DNA of 62,458 nt, counting the filler, from Basidiobolus ranarum (taxonomy: Eukaryota): assembly GCA_040143965.1 (NCBI GenBank). It is 9 parts of 9 records of this genome, joined end to end, with 100 filler letters (N's around TTAATTAATTAA, not from the genome) between each part and the next. Parts side by side here need not be neighbours in the genome. Positions count along the whole stretch, not along the records: positions 48,694 to 55,528 come from JASJQH010001232.1; positions 55,629 to 62,458 come from JASJQH010001233.1; 7 more parts are not named here. One strand, written 5' to 3'. Positions 49,207-62,458 of this stretch are shown here, piece after piece. A model generated the notes under the pieces. The model was not told the origin of the DNA. It made no database searches and saw nothing but the letters and a program-made list of their open reading frames with translations. Position numbers and translations under genes: made by a program. The first letter of the stretch is position 1. Every line of letters starts with the position of its first letter.

Positions 49207-50134
49207 GATGAAGTAAGAGTTTCTTGTGGAAGTTGGTGGGCTGACTCTGTTTATTTATAGTAGCCACATCTCTGAGGATATGCTCAATATTAAAGTACGT
49301 CCCCACTACAGATGTACACATAGCAATATGACCGAGCTGCTTCGTGAGAAATAGGTTCAAAGCAACTGGTTGACTTTTTTAATTCATACATATAAGGTGA
49401 GTTGGGACCTAGTTTAACAGATTTAAGCTTACATACCAGATTTCAGGATTTCAGTGTTTACGGAAAGTGATCAGCATTACTCCATCAATAGGATCCAAGC
49501 AATGTGATGTCAACGAGATGTGGGTAAATAGAGTTGATTGAATCAATTCTCACGCAAACTGCGGTCATTTACATTTTGTTATTAACGTAAGGAAACTCTG
49601 GATTTAACTCAATTACACTTCATCGTTCTTGTTAGCCACTCAGTATATACCTCGTAATAGAACCTTGCAAGGATATATCTAGAAGAAAATTAACTCTAAA
49701 GCACTCTTAATATAGCCTCTATTCAGCACTCACCAAGGACAATAGGTTGAGCTCACTTTTATTAGTAGTATCGCGCTTTCTTTCACGAGGATACCCCTGC
49801 CATGGTAAGTGTAGTTTCTCGGATGTTGTCTCCACTAGTGCTTCCAGCCACTTCTGTCTTTACTGGTGTTCTCTGTATCACGGTCTATATCTGGTATTGT
49901 GAATAACTAATTGCTGAGTACCTAGGTTGATTGGCAAAGAAATATAAATATATATCCACTATACATTTCCGCAACATCGTCATGTACAAACATATGCTTA
50001 ATTATACTCTGCTCTAGCAGTATTGAGTCATTTATTAATAAAGTCACGGCATTCGCGGGGTACCTCTCTGAGTGTTAACACTGTTATTAGATCGAATCTA
50101 TTGTATGATTTTTAGACCATCGCATTCTGGCTCT

Positions 50135-51309
50135 CTAGCTGTAAATCAAATCTAGTGGAGAAGCACCCACCACTGGCCCAATTAACTTCTCCATAAACGC
50201 CTTATCTTTTTCGACTTTGGTTCGCTTTTCCATATACTTGAGAAAACCAACAGGATCAGTATTCTTGATGTTCCAAATAGCCTTCGTCCCAGCAGGTGGA
50301 GGCACATCAGTTCGTTGAGACCATGATATAGACATGAAATTTTTCTGAAAATCGTAGGAACCAGCCAGCATATAGCTTAGCGGTAGCTGGATGTTTGGCT
50401 TTTTTGAAGATAGCCCCCATTTGAGTCCATGACTGGAAGAATGTTTTTTTCGGGACAATGGTTGTAAGCGCATCTCCTGCTTGTGAATTCAGTGATCCCA
50501 TGGTGTTGAAAGTTGCAGTAGAAGTACCATTAGTGGTGTAGAAAGCTGGTGTGTATGTTCCACGAACTGCCTGTGGCTTTTGGGCAAGGAAGTGTTTGAA
50601 CCAGTCCAGACCGTTTTGCTTGATCAGTCGCATGAATTGATAAAGAACTGAATCATCATCATGAGGGTAGGTGTATATGATTTTACCATCTTTTAACTCT
50701 GGCTTCAATAGGCCTTTGAGACTTTGGAACCGTGGCGCTGACAAGATTTGTGAAGAAGTAAATATTGGTGGTCCAGTAGTAGCCTTCCTTATTTTTGCAA
50801 GGGCCGTAAATATGGTTAAAGCCAATGGGTTTATATCTAATTTGGAGACAGTTAGTTGATGATATACATTGTGAATTCTTCGAAGATAAAGATTACTTCA
50901 TTAAAACTCCTTCAGACTTCTAACGAGGGAAGTTTTGGACGGTCTGTAAGTGAGTCATGTCTGGCTCCGACGCGTCGCCTCCTAAGGCAAGCTGCTTGTC
51001 AATCAATTCATCGTAGTATTTGCTAAGATTCACTGTAATATTGAGCTTTGTTCCTGGAAATTTCTTTTCAAATGCCTCAACCATACTAGCAGCAGCATTT
51101 GGCATATCACCTCCGGCAAAGACATTTACCTGTCCTCCTTCTTTAAGCGCTGCCTTGTAGAGTTTATGTAGCTCAAACTCCTCTTTCTTGACATACCATG
51201 GAACGGACGGAGCAGTCACCTTGGTATTACAAGCGGAAGTAGCAGTTACCTGCATCAATGGAAACATAGCCACGGTGGTGATAAGGGTAACAAGAGACAA
51301 ACGAAGCAT
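50135..51309 (-). pseudogene. Bacterial-type periplasmic/ABC solute-binding protein (PBP2 fold) with signal peptide, disrupted
   Basis: LYKAALKEGG, FAGGD, FEKKFPG, LSKY, HLQTVQNFPR*K, YKPIG, TYPHDDDSVLYQF, AKHPATAKLY, RTDVPPPAG. In-frame TAG at 50920-50922, an intron at ~50838-50896, and frameshifts at ~50700 and ~50357. Confidence 0.8.
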
Positions 51310-52017
51310 GTTTAGAGGACAAGTGAGCTTCAAGTGGTGAATATAGAAAGTGAGAGGAGACTCTATGGTTTTATAGAAATTCCAAAAACCACTATTTCGG
51401 TTTACTTCTTTTGTTCACGATGAAAACAGTAATACACTCAGAAAATACTTTCCAAGTCCATTACAAAAGCAGACACTTGGATAATAACGCTAAATATGTC
51501 AATTAGATGCATATCTCTGTCTGCAATTCAAACAGAGTGAAGGGTTTTTCCGGTGACTCTAATGATTTGAGCCGTACTCTCTAAGCTAGAAAGACATTTG
51601 GAAAATACTCTCAATACGGCATAACAAACTCATATCGTAGTTCTTGGAGAATAATTCTATAATAGTAGTTCTTAGATAATGGTTCACGGATAATAGCCCT
51701 ACAAAAGAAGTATTGCATGCATGAAAGCCTACATCCCATAATAAGGAAAATAGTTTTAGTTGAAATAATTTGAATGTACGGTGACTAACAAAGTATTTGT
51801 GATGATTGGACTAAGATAATCAGGATTAATTTGGCATTCATATTAATTGATTGGCGGGATTACTTTTTGGCTAAACTTCAGGTTGGGAGCATTAGGTTAC
51901 TCATTAATTATCTTTCTCTGGCCTTATATTATTGAGAGACTTGTTTCACTAAATTTGAAACGTTATATGACATTCAATTTATTTTAGATACCCACAGGCA
52001 ATTCAAATATTAAGTTA

Positions 52018-52380
52018 TTATTGTTGACTATGTCTGCCAGTCTCATATTTGTTATCGTGCTCATCTCCCATATTTCCAAACCTAACGAAACGAGGATAAT
52101 CTTGTTGCACATGTCTACCGGCGAGGCCTCTCTCATATTTGTTGTCTTGTTTTTCCTCCTTATATTGGTGACCATAATGGGAGCGAGAGTAGTTTTGTTG
52201 TCCTCATCTGCCCGTCAAGCCTCTCTTGTATTCATTATCTTGCTCCTCTTCATATTGACAACTATAGTTGAAATGTTGGTAGCTTTGTTGGTCACGTCTG
52301 CCCGTGAAACCTGTCTTATATTCACTATCTTACTCGCCTTCCTCAAATTAGCAACCATAGGTGGAACTTCTGGCTACATC
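52018..52380 (-). pseudogene. Degenerate tandem-repeat hydrophilic protein (~4 units of 87-90 bp)
   Basis: One minus-strand frame reads YGC*FEEGE*DSEYKTGFTGRRDQQSY / YSCQYEEEQDNEYKRGLTGR*GQQNY / YGHQYKEEKQDNKYERGLAGRHVQQDY / GDEHDNKYETGRHSQQ*. Confidence 0.65.
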
Positions 52381-54029
52381 TTATACAGAAATCTCCACTA
52401 TATTCTTTCCCACTTGGAAATGAAAACAAACTTTTATAGGACATAATGAAAGAGAGATGTTGTTGTGCAAGCAGGTAAATGTCAACACTAATCATTATAC
52501 TCCAGGTTATATACATATATACATATTATGAAAAAGAAGCTTATTTAACAATTCTTATCTGAGCCAGAATAACTTGCGAGTACTTAAACTATCATTCAAT
52601 TACAATTTACCTGGTATGATTAAAATATCTTGATTTAACGGTAAATATAGGTTTATTTTTAAGAAAGTAGTAAGTATTCTTCTGTCAAACCCGAAATAGA
52701 TAAACGTTGGTAGAGCTCCAAGTTGAATGTTGTCATCTTAATTAACGAGCTTTGTTTAGCTTTACCTAAGATTTTTGAACAGTTGAACCTGCAATGCGGT
52801 AAAGCTTTTCATCATACTAGTGATGACTGCGTAAATTAAGAGTAACATGCTAATAGCGGCACTGGGGCTATCTTGTGATACTATATAGATAGTGCTGTCA
52901 CAACTTTAATGCTGTAAGATATGAGGGTTCAAACTATATTATTGGTGGGAATGTCTCTTCCATTTTTCACAAGATATGATGGTAACCGTAATTTTGCTTA
53001 GTTTGTGCCTAGAGGCATACATATGAGTGTCGGAGAAGGATGGTTTACGTAATCCGCGTAGCTTTTCGATGGCCAAGATATCGTAATTTGTATCAAACAA
53101 TGAGAATCAGCTTGAGCAATAGTGCATACATATAGAGTATCATATATTTCAAGTGCAAATCTGAAAGCTGTGTAAATATATTATAGAAGGAATGCTGACA
53201 TTGCTACAACGGTTTAATGAAGGATTCTGTTTTATAGTATATAGTACAGCTAATGTGCTTTCAATGATGTACAAAGCTACTACACCGCTTCTGTATATAA
53301 CAAATAGAGCACAACACAAAGTGCGAAAAAAACGTCTTTTAGCATCTTGGACTTCATAGTGCCTCAGGTTGATATTCAGCATCAGCTGGCTGGTTGATTT
53401 ATAAAACCTACTTTGCATATCTTGGTCCTAATAGTGTCACACTATTGAACTTGTAAGTACAGTTGATCAGCTTTTCAACACGCTTCGATATTCGTTACTA
53501 ACATTGGATTAGAATAGCCATTCTTACAGTTAGAGTCTGTGGAGCATCGATGATTCATTCCGGTTGATAGCAATAATTGGAGCTATGGAGGAATCTACTG
53601 AGGAATACGGTCGCAAGCAGGTGGTGATGCAAGGTTGAGAAAATAAAATCAAAGCGCAGTCATAACATACTACTTCCAACGGTTTCAACCTCACTGCGCA
53701 ATGCCAATGTTACATAAATTCATATTAATATTATTGGCCTTGGAAAATTGTTACGTCGTTATAAAAACTTTAATTTTATTGATTTTATTCCCTTTGAATA
53801 TAGTTTATTTACTGAATAGATTAATGATGAACACTGCTAGTACCTGGAGATTCATTCTGAGTTCAATTCATGCAATATTCACGATTACCAATTCTGTAAA
53901 TTTAAGTCTAAGCAAAGACAACATTCTTGCGGGAAACAACAGTACTAGGAATATTCAGGAAATATCTGACATTTGCGATTCCCGAAGATGGTTTCTAGCA
54001 CAGCAAAGATATTATCTTCGTTGTAAGAA

Positions 54030-54290
54030 ATAGCAAATTGGCAGAGAAATCTAGACCTTTGTTAGGATTAGTTTATATGACTATTTAGTTGAGGGAGAAT
54101 GTTCAAAGTAGTATAGCCTAAACACATATATAGTCATATATAGCTCAGTATTTAGTTATTTAATACTTCACCAAGAAATCACTCACTATACTTCATTGGA
54201 ATGTACTTCAAATATTCTTACCAGCTTAGATATTCCCAGATATATAGATTTTTCACACTTGACCTAGAAGTCCAAACTTTGCACATATAA
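54030..54290 (+). mobile_element. Ty1/copia 3' end relic: end of pol, PPT GAGGGAGAA (54091-54099), truncated LTR from 54100
   Basis: TAGACCTTTGTTAGGATTAGTTTATATGACTATTTAGTTGAGGGAGAATGTT matches ~21419-21470. Confidence 0.85.
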
Positions 54291-55201
54291 AGTTGTTAAA
54301 GCACTTTGGGAACTTCTTATAAGTGGATTGGAGAAACAGGGCCCTAACAAAAATAAATTCAATTTGATCTGGATTGGTTCCACCCTTCTGGATTGCAATA
54401 CCATCAGAGAGCCATCACAATATTGGTGGCTTGCACTCTGGCAGGGATTTTGATGGCATGACAGCAGTTTCTTGATGGTATTTTGATGATATTCATACAT
54501 GTTAAAATATTGATCCTCATATTTGGCATACATTATTTAATTTCTGGAAATTTTTGCAAAAATCTAATTTGTGAATGGCAAATGACTGGGTTTATTGGTG
54601 TAGGAATTCAAATTAATATGCATGCCTCTGTTTAGATATTTTAGGCTTTGTATTCCAGCCATAATGAGAATCAAAAAATACAAGAATCTTGTTGTGCTTA
54701 GTCTCTACATATGCCCATACTTGGCTGATCAGACAAAACTCAACAACATCAATATGCTTTACCAGCAAACTAATGGTGGAATAAGTACTAAACATCTGAC
54801 ATTTTGAATAGCATTGACACTTGACAAATAGCTGAATCTTGTTACTGTTCACAACGGGAATAAGCTCTTGGTTTTGGCAAATTTCCATAAAGAATTCAGC
54901 CAAAATGTTCCCAACTTGCAGTCAACAAATGTCTTGCCACAAGTAGATGCATCATTGCCTGAATAGATTACCCCAAGGCTGATACAAGAATGCTGCATAT
55001 CTTGATCTATCTCACCAAGAAGTCTGTCTGGCAGCTTTCCTAGAAATACCATCAGATTATTACACAAACAAAATAGTTCAAATTGTAGAGGTTCTTACTC
55101 TGTGTCCATGGATTTGGTTTTGCTGCTGTTATTGTGCTTGTAGAATTCAAAAACCCATGAGCACATTGAAAAGAGCCCTTTGTTGGAAGGTTAATATACT
55201 C
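54290..55201 (-). repeat. Unidentified repeat family 2, degenerate
   Basis: 54998-55201 aligns with 42121-42322; CpG-poor. Extension down to 54290 is inferred from composition only. Confidence 0.55.
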
Positions 55202-55528
55202 TGGAGTCTCCTCAACCATTGTATTACATCCATCACTGTTTTGTTAATACATTGTTAGTCAGATTAGCATATGGTAATACTGATGATTTCACACCAAGCA
55301 TTTTTTCACCACAGGTGCACTTCATTGGGCACTCCCAGAATGTATAGCAAGGGCATATAATCTCTAAGCATTGTGAAAGATGGAGCAGGGATTGTATTGA
55401 ATACCAGCATAGATTCAGTGTATCTTTTTTAAACCTGTAATAAAGTTTTTCATATCCTATTACAAATTTTTTGCACAGTTGCTGTATCTGCCTCAGATCT
55501 AAAAATGCGAGTGATGCTATAAGAATAT

Positions 55529-55628
55529 NNNNNNNNNNNNNNNNNNNNNNNNNNNNNNNNNNNNNNNNNNNNTTAATTAATTAANNNNNNNNNNNNNNNN
55601 NNNNNNNNNNNNNNNNNNNNNNNNNNNN
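55529..55628. other. Artificial contig linker
   Basis: N44-TTAATTAATTAA-N44. Confidence 0.98.
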
Positions 55629-58600
55629 AATGCGAAATGAAATCAGTAATGGTAATTGTAGTGTTGATAGTAAACATCTATACACTGCTTATAGAACCCT
55701 CGTGAGTTAATCCTTTGGACACAGGAGGACTGTAAATACAGCTTTAAAACTATCCATCTTTGATTCAAGGCTAGTTACATGCTCATCTAGTATTATTAAA
55801 GTGGATTAGGTGAGTGCTTTCCCAAGACCTTTGGTGGTAATATAATATTGACTATGATCTCAATGTGCGAGGAATTGGTATAAGAATGCATCAGGGGAAC
55901 GATAATAACATCTGTTGGCTTAAGAGCTCAATGACATGTTTGATAACCAACGCTTCAGTTTGGGAATTTTTACTACAGAGTCCCAGAGGATTTCCCTCCA
56001 GAAACCTGTTATTCCCCATTGCTGACTGTTGTTACCTACCTTCAATAATTATTTAATAATGCAGTGTGCATTCTTCAACCTCGCACCTATGTCAAGGGTG
56101 GCAATAAAGAAAGATTGTTAAAAAAAATACCATAACATATAATGCCGAAATAGATCCGAAAAAGTTCAATAATGGATTGTATATTACCAGCAAGATCACA
56201 CAAACAGGTATTCTATGGCTAATATTCAGGGATAAAATGTAAAATCACTATAACGATGGTGCTGTTAGGTCCAATCTTTGAAACAGTTACGATACGGCAC
56301 TATTAACACCCTTCAACTACACATTTATATAAGTTAATAGTGATCTTCTTCCCAGAACTATTCATCAAAAAACCCAAGCGCCAAGCGAGTCATTCCGTGT
56401 AGTGCGTAAATGTTGGAGTGACTACGAGTATGGAGAAATGGAGGATCTGAGGCATTATTGGCTGTCAAACAGATTTGCTTGAGGAGAATTTTGGGGTGCC
56501 TTGCTGGGTATATTGCAACTGTATGGTTCCTGACAGTGTAAGCACATTATCCGTTCTTGATACGATCTGTCCATAAGAGATGTACTCAGTAGACCCTTGG
56601 AATGAAAAGTAGTGCAGCTTGATGCTTCTGAAAATGGTTTTTGGACTCTCTCTTGCTTTGAAAAGATAACAATTCAACGTGGAACTGACCAAGTCCAGTA
56701 CTCATCATATTTGGATGCTGCCCAAAAGAAAAGCAGTTCGCTGCGTTTCCATTCAGAGGCCACGTAGTTTATGTAGAATCTATAAAGCTAATTGATGTTC
56801 CGGAAGTACAGATCCAAGAATATCATTTCTCATTGTAACAAAACACAGAATCTTGAGTCAGCCAATAAAAACCTGCCCTACTTAAAACTCCTCAGAATTT
56901 CTATGTATAGGTGCAAATGTAGGAGTCATTTTCTTGATAGTTCACACACTAAGAAATTTCGTTGGTTGCATATTGGTACTACGAATTGCATTCATTCCAT
57001 GTAGTACAAACCATTGCTATCACTTCTATACAGGCTGGGTTCGAACGAAGAGTACAGGCTAGCAGGTGTGACTACTACAATATTCATCATACTTCTAAGA
57101 TTACATTCATTAATCAAGCTCTGAGATATATTGTGATAATGAATAAGTATTGAGGTGACCGTTGCAGAAATGAGTATCAACGCATGAATCATGATAAATG
57201 GATTTCAATGGGATTTTAAAGATTGACCTAGAGCGCACGAGAGATATGAAGCATAACTAATTGCATTAATTTCGACAATCCGTGCTCCAAAAACTACCCG
57301 CTGTGTTGCTTAGCTTACTGAAGTAAATGGATTGACAATGTGGTAAGTAACCTTTCTAAATGTTTCTGTGACAATCCAATGTCTGCATAATGCTACATAC
57401 TTTCCACGAAGGAGGCGATATATTCAGATCGGACGGAGATTGAAAGACATCGCTGAACCAACGAAAGAAGAACTTGGCTCTATGTTGTACATCTAATGCC
57501 GCAAATTAGGTATACAGTGTCTCATGTACATCAGATATTGTGGAAGGGTTAGCACCAGAACTGCGGGGCTTCTGCGATATGGCTATGTTCTAAGGGTCGA
57601 TTGGACGAAACTCTGTGTCTGAACATAAATGCATATCATAAAAGCCGTGAAGTGAAATAGAAGAGCTTTTTGTCGTTTATAGCTGCTGCCCCATTATACG
57701 GAGCTAGAGACGAGGCTTTTTTGGTAATTGTTGTGGTTCTCTTAATACTATTACTTCAGAAGTAGCTAAAAAAGGCAAAATTACGAGCGAAATCATAAGC
57801 CCTATATGGTTTTCTGCTATATATATCAAGTGATCTATTTCCGACCAAGAGGCTAGGAGTAAGCCAGCACCATTGATAATTCCCTTTCCTCTTTAACCTC
57901 ATCGACTGCCTAATATATTTCTGTACAACATTATCTACAATGTATTGCTAAACCTTACGACCAAATGTGAGCAGTTTCTATATATACATACGTACGTTGG
58001 AAACAGACTAAGCAAAAGAATCCAAAGCGTTTTAAACTGTGTATTTGAATATAGACACGGAAAAAGAAAATAATTAAGAGCTGCTCGGAACTAATCCGAA
58101 ACTTGCCTGCGTTTGGAGTTGAAGTCACTACAGCTTTGAAGTGGCAGATCACGCCAGCTGACCTAAGTGCAAGTGACCTTTCTGAGTACATGATAACTTC
58201 ATCACCTATACCGTCTGGAGCATTTACAAAGATTCGGCCGTTCATCGTGGCCAATGGCAGTGTGCACGAGGCTTCTAGTATCAGTGACGTTGCGTTGTTT
58301 AAACATCAATCTGAAAGATGAATAGTTCCGAACTTCTTTGTTTTGTAACAAGATATCAGCAGGCTTGGCCTGGTAACAGATGTGTCTCAGTCATCGTTAT
58401 ATGGATGTACCTTAAATTATCTCGAAACATTTAATAAAACCACTCGGACGAATTAAAAAATCCCATCCGGAAGAATCTGGTTGCTGCGAAGTCGCGTATA
58501 GCTAGTATCAAGCTTTGTCTGGAATCTTTTGAAGCCATGGTGTGCCACGGGGGCCTATGATAGCAAGACTTTACTAGCATTGGGTATCGACAGAGCCACA

Positions 58601-59543
58601 GCTTGTAAGCTAAGCATTGCTTGAAACTGGCAATTAAGACCTTTCGCAGTTACCACAATATAGCATGAGGAGTACTCTTCCCTGTATTTGCATCTTGTAC
58701 ATCCTCCAAAATCATTCGTTGTTGTTGCCTATTTATGCAATGTTTACCTCGCTCCATAATCTTCCGATGGTGGCCTGTTCTAGAATAGATCTTATTTATG
58801 GTGAAGCCAATGGGCTACAACAATATCACCAATATTGAGGTCACAAACTGTAATTTCTTTTTTGGGCCCTTGGATTGATTTTAGGGCATTTCGAATGATG
58901 GCAATGTCGTTTTCAATTTCGATGGATTGGATCCCATCAGGTCAATGAAACACCCGAGAGTTTAATCGCGAATAATGCTTAATCCACCCTTGAGTCCATC
59001 ATTATGTGCGCTACAATCTAACTTAAATGACAATAATTCTTTCTCCTAATTTAGAATAACCGAATTTGTGAACATAGCTCCTCCATATTCGATATATTAG
59101 GTCAGTTGTAAATTTCTTAGATTTTGAACTCTTAACTAGGATCATAGCTGGAGCATGAAAAATATCCTGGTATTCAAATAACATAGTTCAGATAGATGCG
59201 GTTCAGTTTACTTTGCTGCACAGCTAGCTACTTCACTGTTCTTATCTTTCTCACCCACATATACCTTGCTAGCAAAAAATTGGCTTCTGACTTCTTTTCT
59301 CTGAAGCTAGTCAACAAAGTGAACTGTCTTTTTACGGCGGATGCAACTTGTTAGTTAACACATTTTCTACTTCCCTCATTGAAACTTACATCTTGCTTAT
59401 TTGGCTTCCTTTTAAGCGTGGTGAAGTGGACACATTGTTTTGTCCTCCAAGTTCCTTATCTGTTCTATCCATTTATTGGTGATTCTTAGTTACTCACATA
59501 TCATCTGTGAAGTACTAAGTAGCCGTATTCCCTCATAAAAATA

Positions 59544-62458
59544 ATGACTCAAAACAGCAAAGACGACACTTTGCTTTCTAAGTCTGCTCCTTCACCCAAA
59601 TTTATGGAAACCGTTTTTGGTGCGTCATTTTTCAAAGCTACAGACAGGGAAGAGACCAAAACACCTGTTTGGCAGGAGGGTAGTGGAGAAAGCAAGCAAG
59701 ATGAAACTGCTGGTTCCAAAATCAGCCCCTCAACAGCATTAAACATTTTACCAGTTTCTCAAAATGAAGTGGTTAGTAAAAAGCAAAGACCACGCTCCAA
59801 GTCAATGCAAAGATGGACTTCTTACAGTACCTGTAAACCCTATACTCAAACCAATGGAAGTGGAATTCGAATCAATACTCCTAAAATTTTTGATCTTTAC
59901 CCCGACTCACTTCCTTACATTCAAGCTCACCCAGAACAACTTTGCAGGAGCCTTGATTTCGAGTCGAATAACTTGGCTCATAAGCCTTCTAAACAAATAC
60001 TAAAATCGAACATACCCCAAAGCTCTACTTTGACAGCTGCTTTGAATGCTGCTAGTTCACTTTCAGAGCTTGACAGTTCTTCAAAACATAGCCTTGAAAA
60101 GTATAAGCATGATATGACAACAGCTACAAAACAATCCTTGAGCAGTTTAAGTGCCAACACCTTGGCATCATCTACTTCTCCTACAACTACAGTCTCTTCC
60201 AAGAAAAATAAGAAAAATCTGACTCTAGAAACCCTTCACACAAGGGGTATCTCAGACGCCCCTAATTTGTCATCAGCTTGTTCCTTTACCGATTCAACAT
60301 CTTCTTGCACTAGCTCTGCATCCGGAAGATTGCCTACATCACCTTTCGTCTCGCCTCCATTTTATAAAAATTCCTTTGATCCTGACCTATCTTTATCACC
60401 ATCCAAGCTTTCAAATTCTTCTAAGCCAGTTCCAGTACCTAGATCCAAGAATCTTAGTGACGACCCTTATAATAGTCACAAGACTCTAGAATCCAGCACT
60501 TTTTCAAAAACTCACATCAAACGCTCCTCAACACCATCTTCACTCCGGAAGGTTCTTAATATTGATATTGATGATGCCGAGACCGATACTAGCCAAGGTA
60601 AGCTGACTGAATCATACGCCAAATGTTCTTGACCCTTTTTATTACCTATATTATACCCAGTATTTAATTTTCTTCGTCTGTTTTACTGACTTTTCAGAGA
60701 TAGTTCTCAAGCAAAATCATTCCAACACTCAATCATATTCCCTTTACTTTCTCTCAGGGCACAAATACATTACACCCCCAGGCAGAAGATCCAGATACAG
60801 TAACGGAACCCTTGGTACTGATTCTTCAGCTCATTCTGAGTTTGATGACGACGAATGCGAAAGTAATTCTTCAGATTTATCCCCTGCTTTCTCTGGAAAC
60901 CACTCCCGAAAAGCAAGTTTGAATACAGAATCCACATCTGGGACACCTGAAGGAAGCGTTTCTGCCCTAGGTCTAATCGACGAAAGATTTTCATCATCAC
61001 GAGTCAAACAAAGTATTCATGATGAGTTAAAACTAGCAAAAACGAAGGGAGATTTACAGATTAAGCAACTCTTGGAGCAACTTTACCAAAAGTTCGACGG
61101 TATTGTCGATGAGAAGCAAAATATGAATTTATCAAATGATTCTATACCTCTGGATGTTATTCCTGAATGCTCTTCTCGACAACACAAGCCCCCGAAGGAA
61201 TTCTCAAGACCAAAGAGTTGGCCTCCTGCTGCCCTGAGTGAGTTTTGTCTACAATCTATTTATCTCCTTACAATGTTGAACCAAATGCTAAATACCCAAT
61301 TTTACATTTCAAAACAGCATCATCGCATGTCACGTTGCTTACTCGTATAGAGTCTTTAGCTAGGCAAATCTTAGATGTAGGGATCGAGGATTTAGACCAA
61401 AAAGGCAAAGCTACAGAAATCATGGCAGAGTTACAACAACTTCTAGATGAACAGAAGGCTTTGGCTGTTGGGAATATCTTAGTCGAAGACTTTTTGGCAA
61501 GTCTAGTCTGGATTTTTGCTCCTTGCGCTCGTCTAGTTGGAGATTTGGTAAGATAGTGATGATTTCATTTGTATTATTGGACAAGTACTTACAAATAGTA
61601 AATTTGTAGCAAAAAATTAAAGAAGAACGGGTTGTCTTCGATACAAGTGATTTAATTAGGGTTGAAACACCAACGATTCTGGAATTTACCTCTCCGTTTC
61701 GCCCTACCTCTCCCTTAAGAAATGAGTGTTCACAAAATACATCTCCAGAGCTTGCGTTATCTCGGCCTTTATTCACTCCTCCTATTCTCAATACTATTCC
61801 TGCTAGCCCTATACAAAATAAGTCGCAAAGTCTTCCACCTAGTCCTATAAAAGCTCTCCAATCACCGGTCGCAACGATTTCTCCACTCTCAGAGTCAACC
61901 AATTTATCCCGAACTCCTAGCAAAAATATGAAGTTGCAACCAATGTCGGCCGAGAGTGGTGTTGCTTCGAAATTACTGAATTCGAGGATTGCAGGCTCCC
62001 CACCATTTTTGGAAAAAAGAAGGGTTTCCGAGGGAGCCATTCAAATGCGTTCAACCAGTCTTATTCAGCAGGCTGCCATGGATGACAGTATCGTCCATAC
62101 GCGTGCCGGCTCAGATATTGATCAAGTTTTTCTCAATGGCAATCTAGAGAAGGAACTGATGTTACGTAGGGGAAACCTCGAGCGGACTCCTACAAAACCG
62201 AAGGAACACCGAAAGGCAAGTATTACCTCAATTTAATTTTCAAGACTTGTATACTAATTCGAAGACTGAATAATCTAGAGTGGAAGACAAGTAATTAACT
62301 TTTTCAAGTCATTGAAATTAACAATGTCGAGTGGAACAAATTCTTTTTCCACACCTTTTGATACTCCCCCACAAACCCCTACTCGTACAGGTGGCACCTC
62401 GAGTGAAAATACTGCATATAGACCTCGACTGGATCGCGAGCAGTCTCGTAAATCGTAG
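59544..62458 (+). CDS. Large multi-exon Ser-rich protein, probably N-terminal half of an IRE/Rim15/MAST-type AGC kinase; runs off the window
   Basis: Long S/P-rich exons separated by GT-AG introns. Helical block IHDELKLAKTKGDLQIKQLL...LLTRIESLARQIL...EIMAELQQLLDEQ...FLASLVWIFAPCARL resembles the N-terminal helical domain of IRE-type kinases. No kinase domain is visible. Confidence 0.55.

Noticed and set aside
57030-57070. GGGTTCGAAC B-box-like sequence as a tRNA
   Set aside because: No T-stem pairing or cloverleaf around it.
1-62458. Prokaryotic systems (CRISPR arrays, operons, defence islands) or bacterial contamination
   Set aside because: No regularly spaced repeat-spacer arrays, and the bacterial-type genes carry spliceosomal introns and TATA-like promoters.

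Overview
This is not one locus. It is nine fungal contigs of steadily decreasing length (6871, 6865, 6860, 6855, 6854, 6848, 6840, 6835, 6830 bp) joined by artificial 100-nt N44-TTAATTAATTAA-N44 linkers, so gene neighbourhood is meaningful only within a contig. Short GT-AG introns, a chitin deacetylase, kaptin and several bacterial-type secreted proteins point to an early-diverging fungus (Basidiobolus-like is an inference). Conserved genes: BAR-PH-ArfGAP-ANK, ER DnaJ, CE4 chitin deacetylase, COX14, trimethyllysine dioxygenase, UTP15, G3BP/Bre5, alpha-carbonic anhydrase, YPI1, kaptin, a subtilisin and a probable IRE/Rim15-type kinase N-terminus. There is also a tRNA-Thr(TGT) and many Ty1/copia fragments. 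Most notable: (1) an A-B-A-B tandem cluster of tiny secreted prepropeptides whose predicted mature 21-22-mers carry a doubled CCxWxxC motif (conotoxin-like organisation); (2) a decayed tandem array of Kex2-processed repeat-peptide precursors with core DLHDLCGRWFCGHT, mostly invisible in the ORF track; (3) three tandem bacterial-type PL6 polysaccharide lyases with a shared intron; (4) a ~1.1-kb foldback of an unidentified coding repeat. All family assignments come from motif recognition by eye, not database searches.
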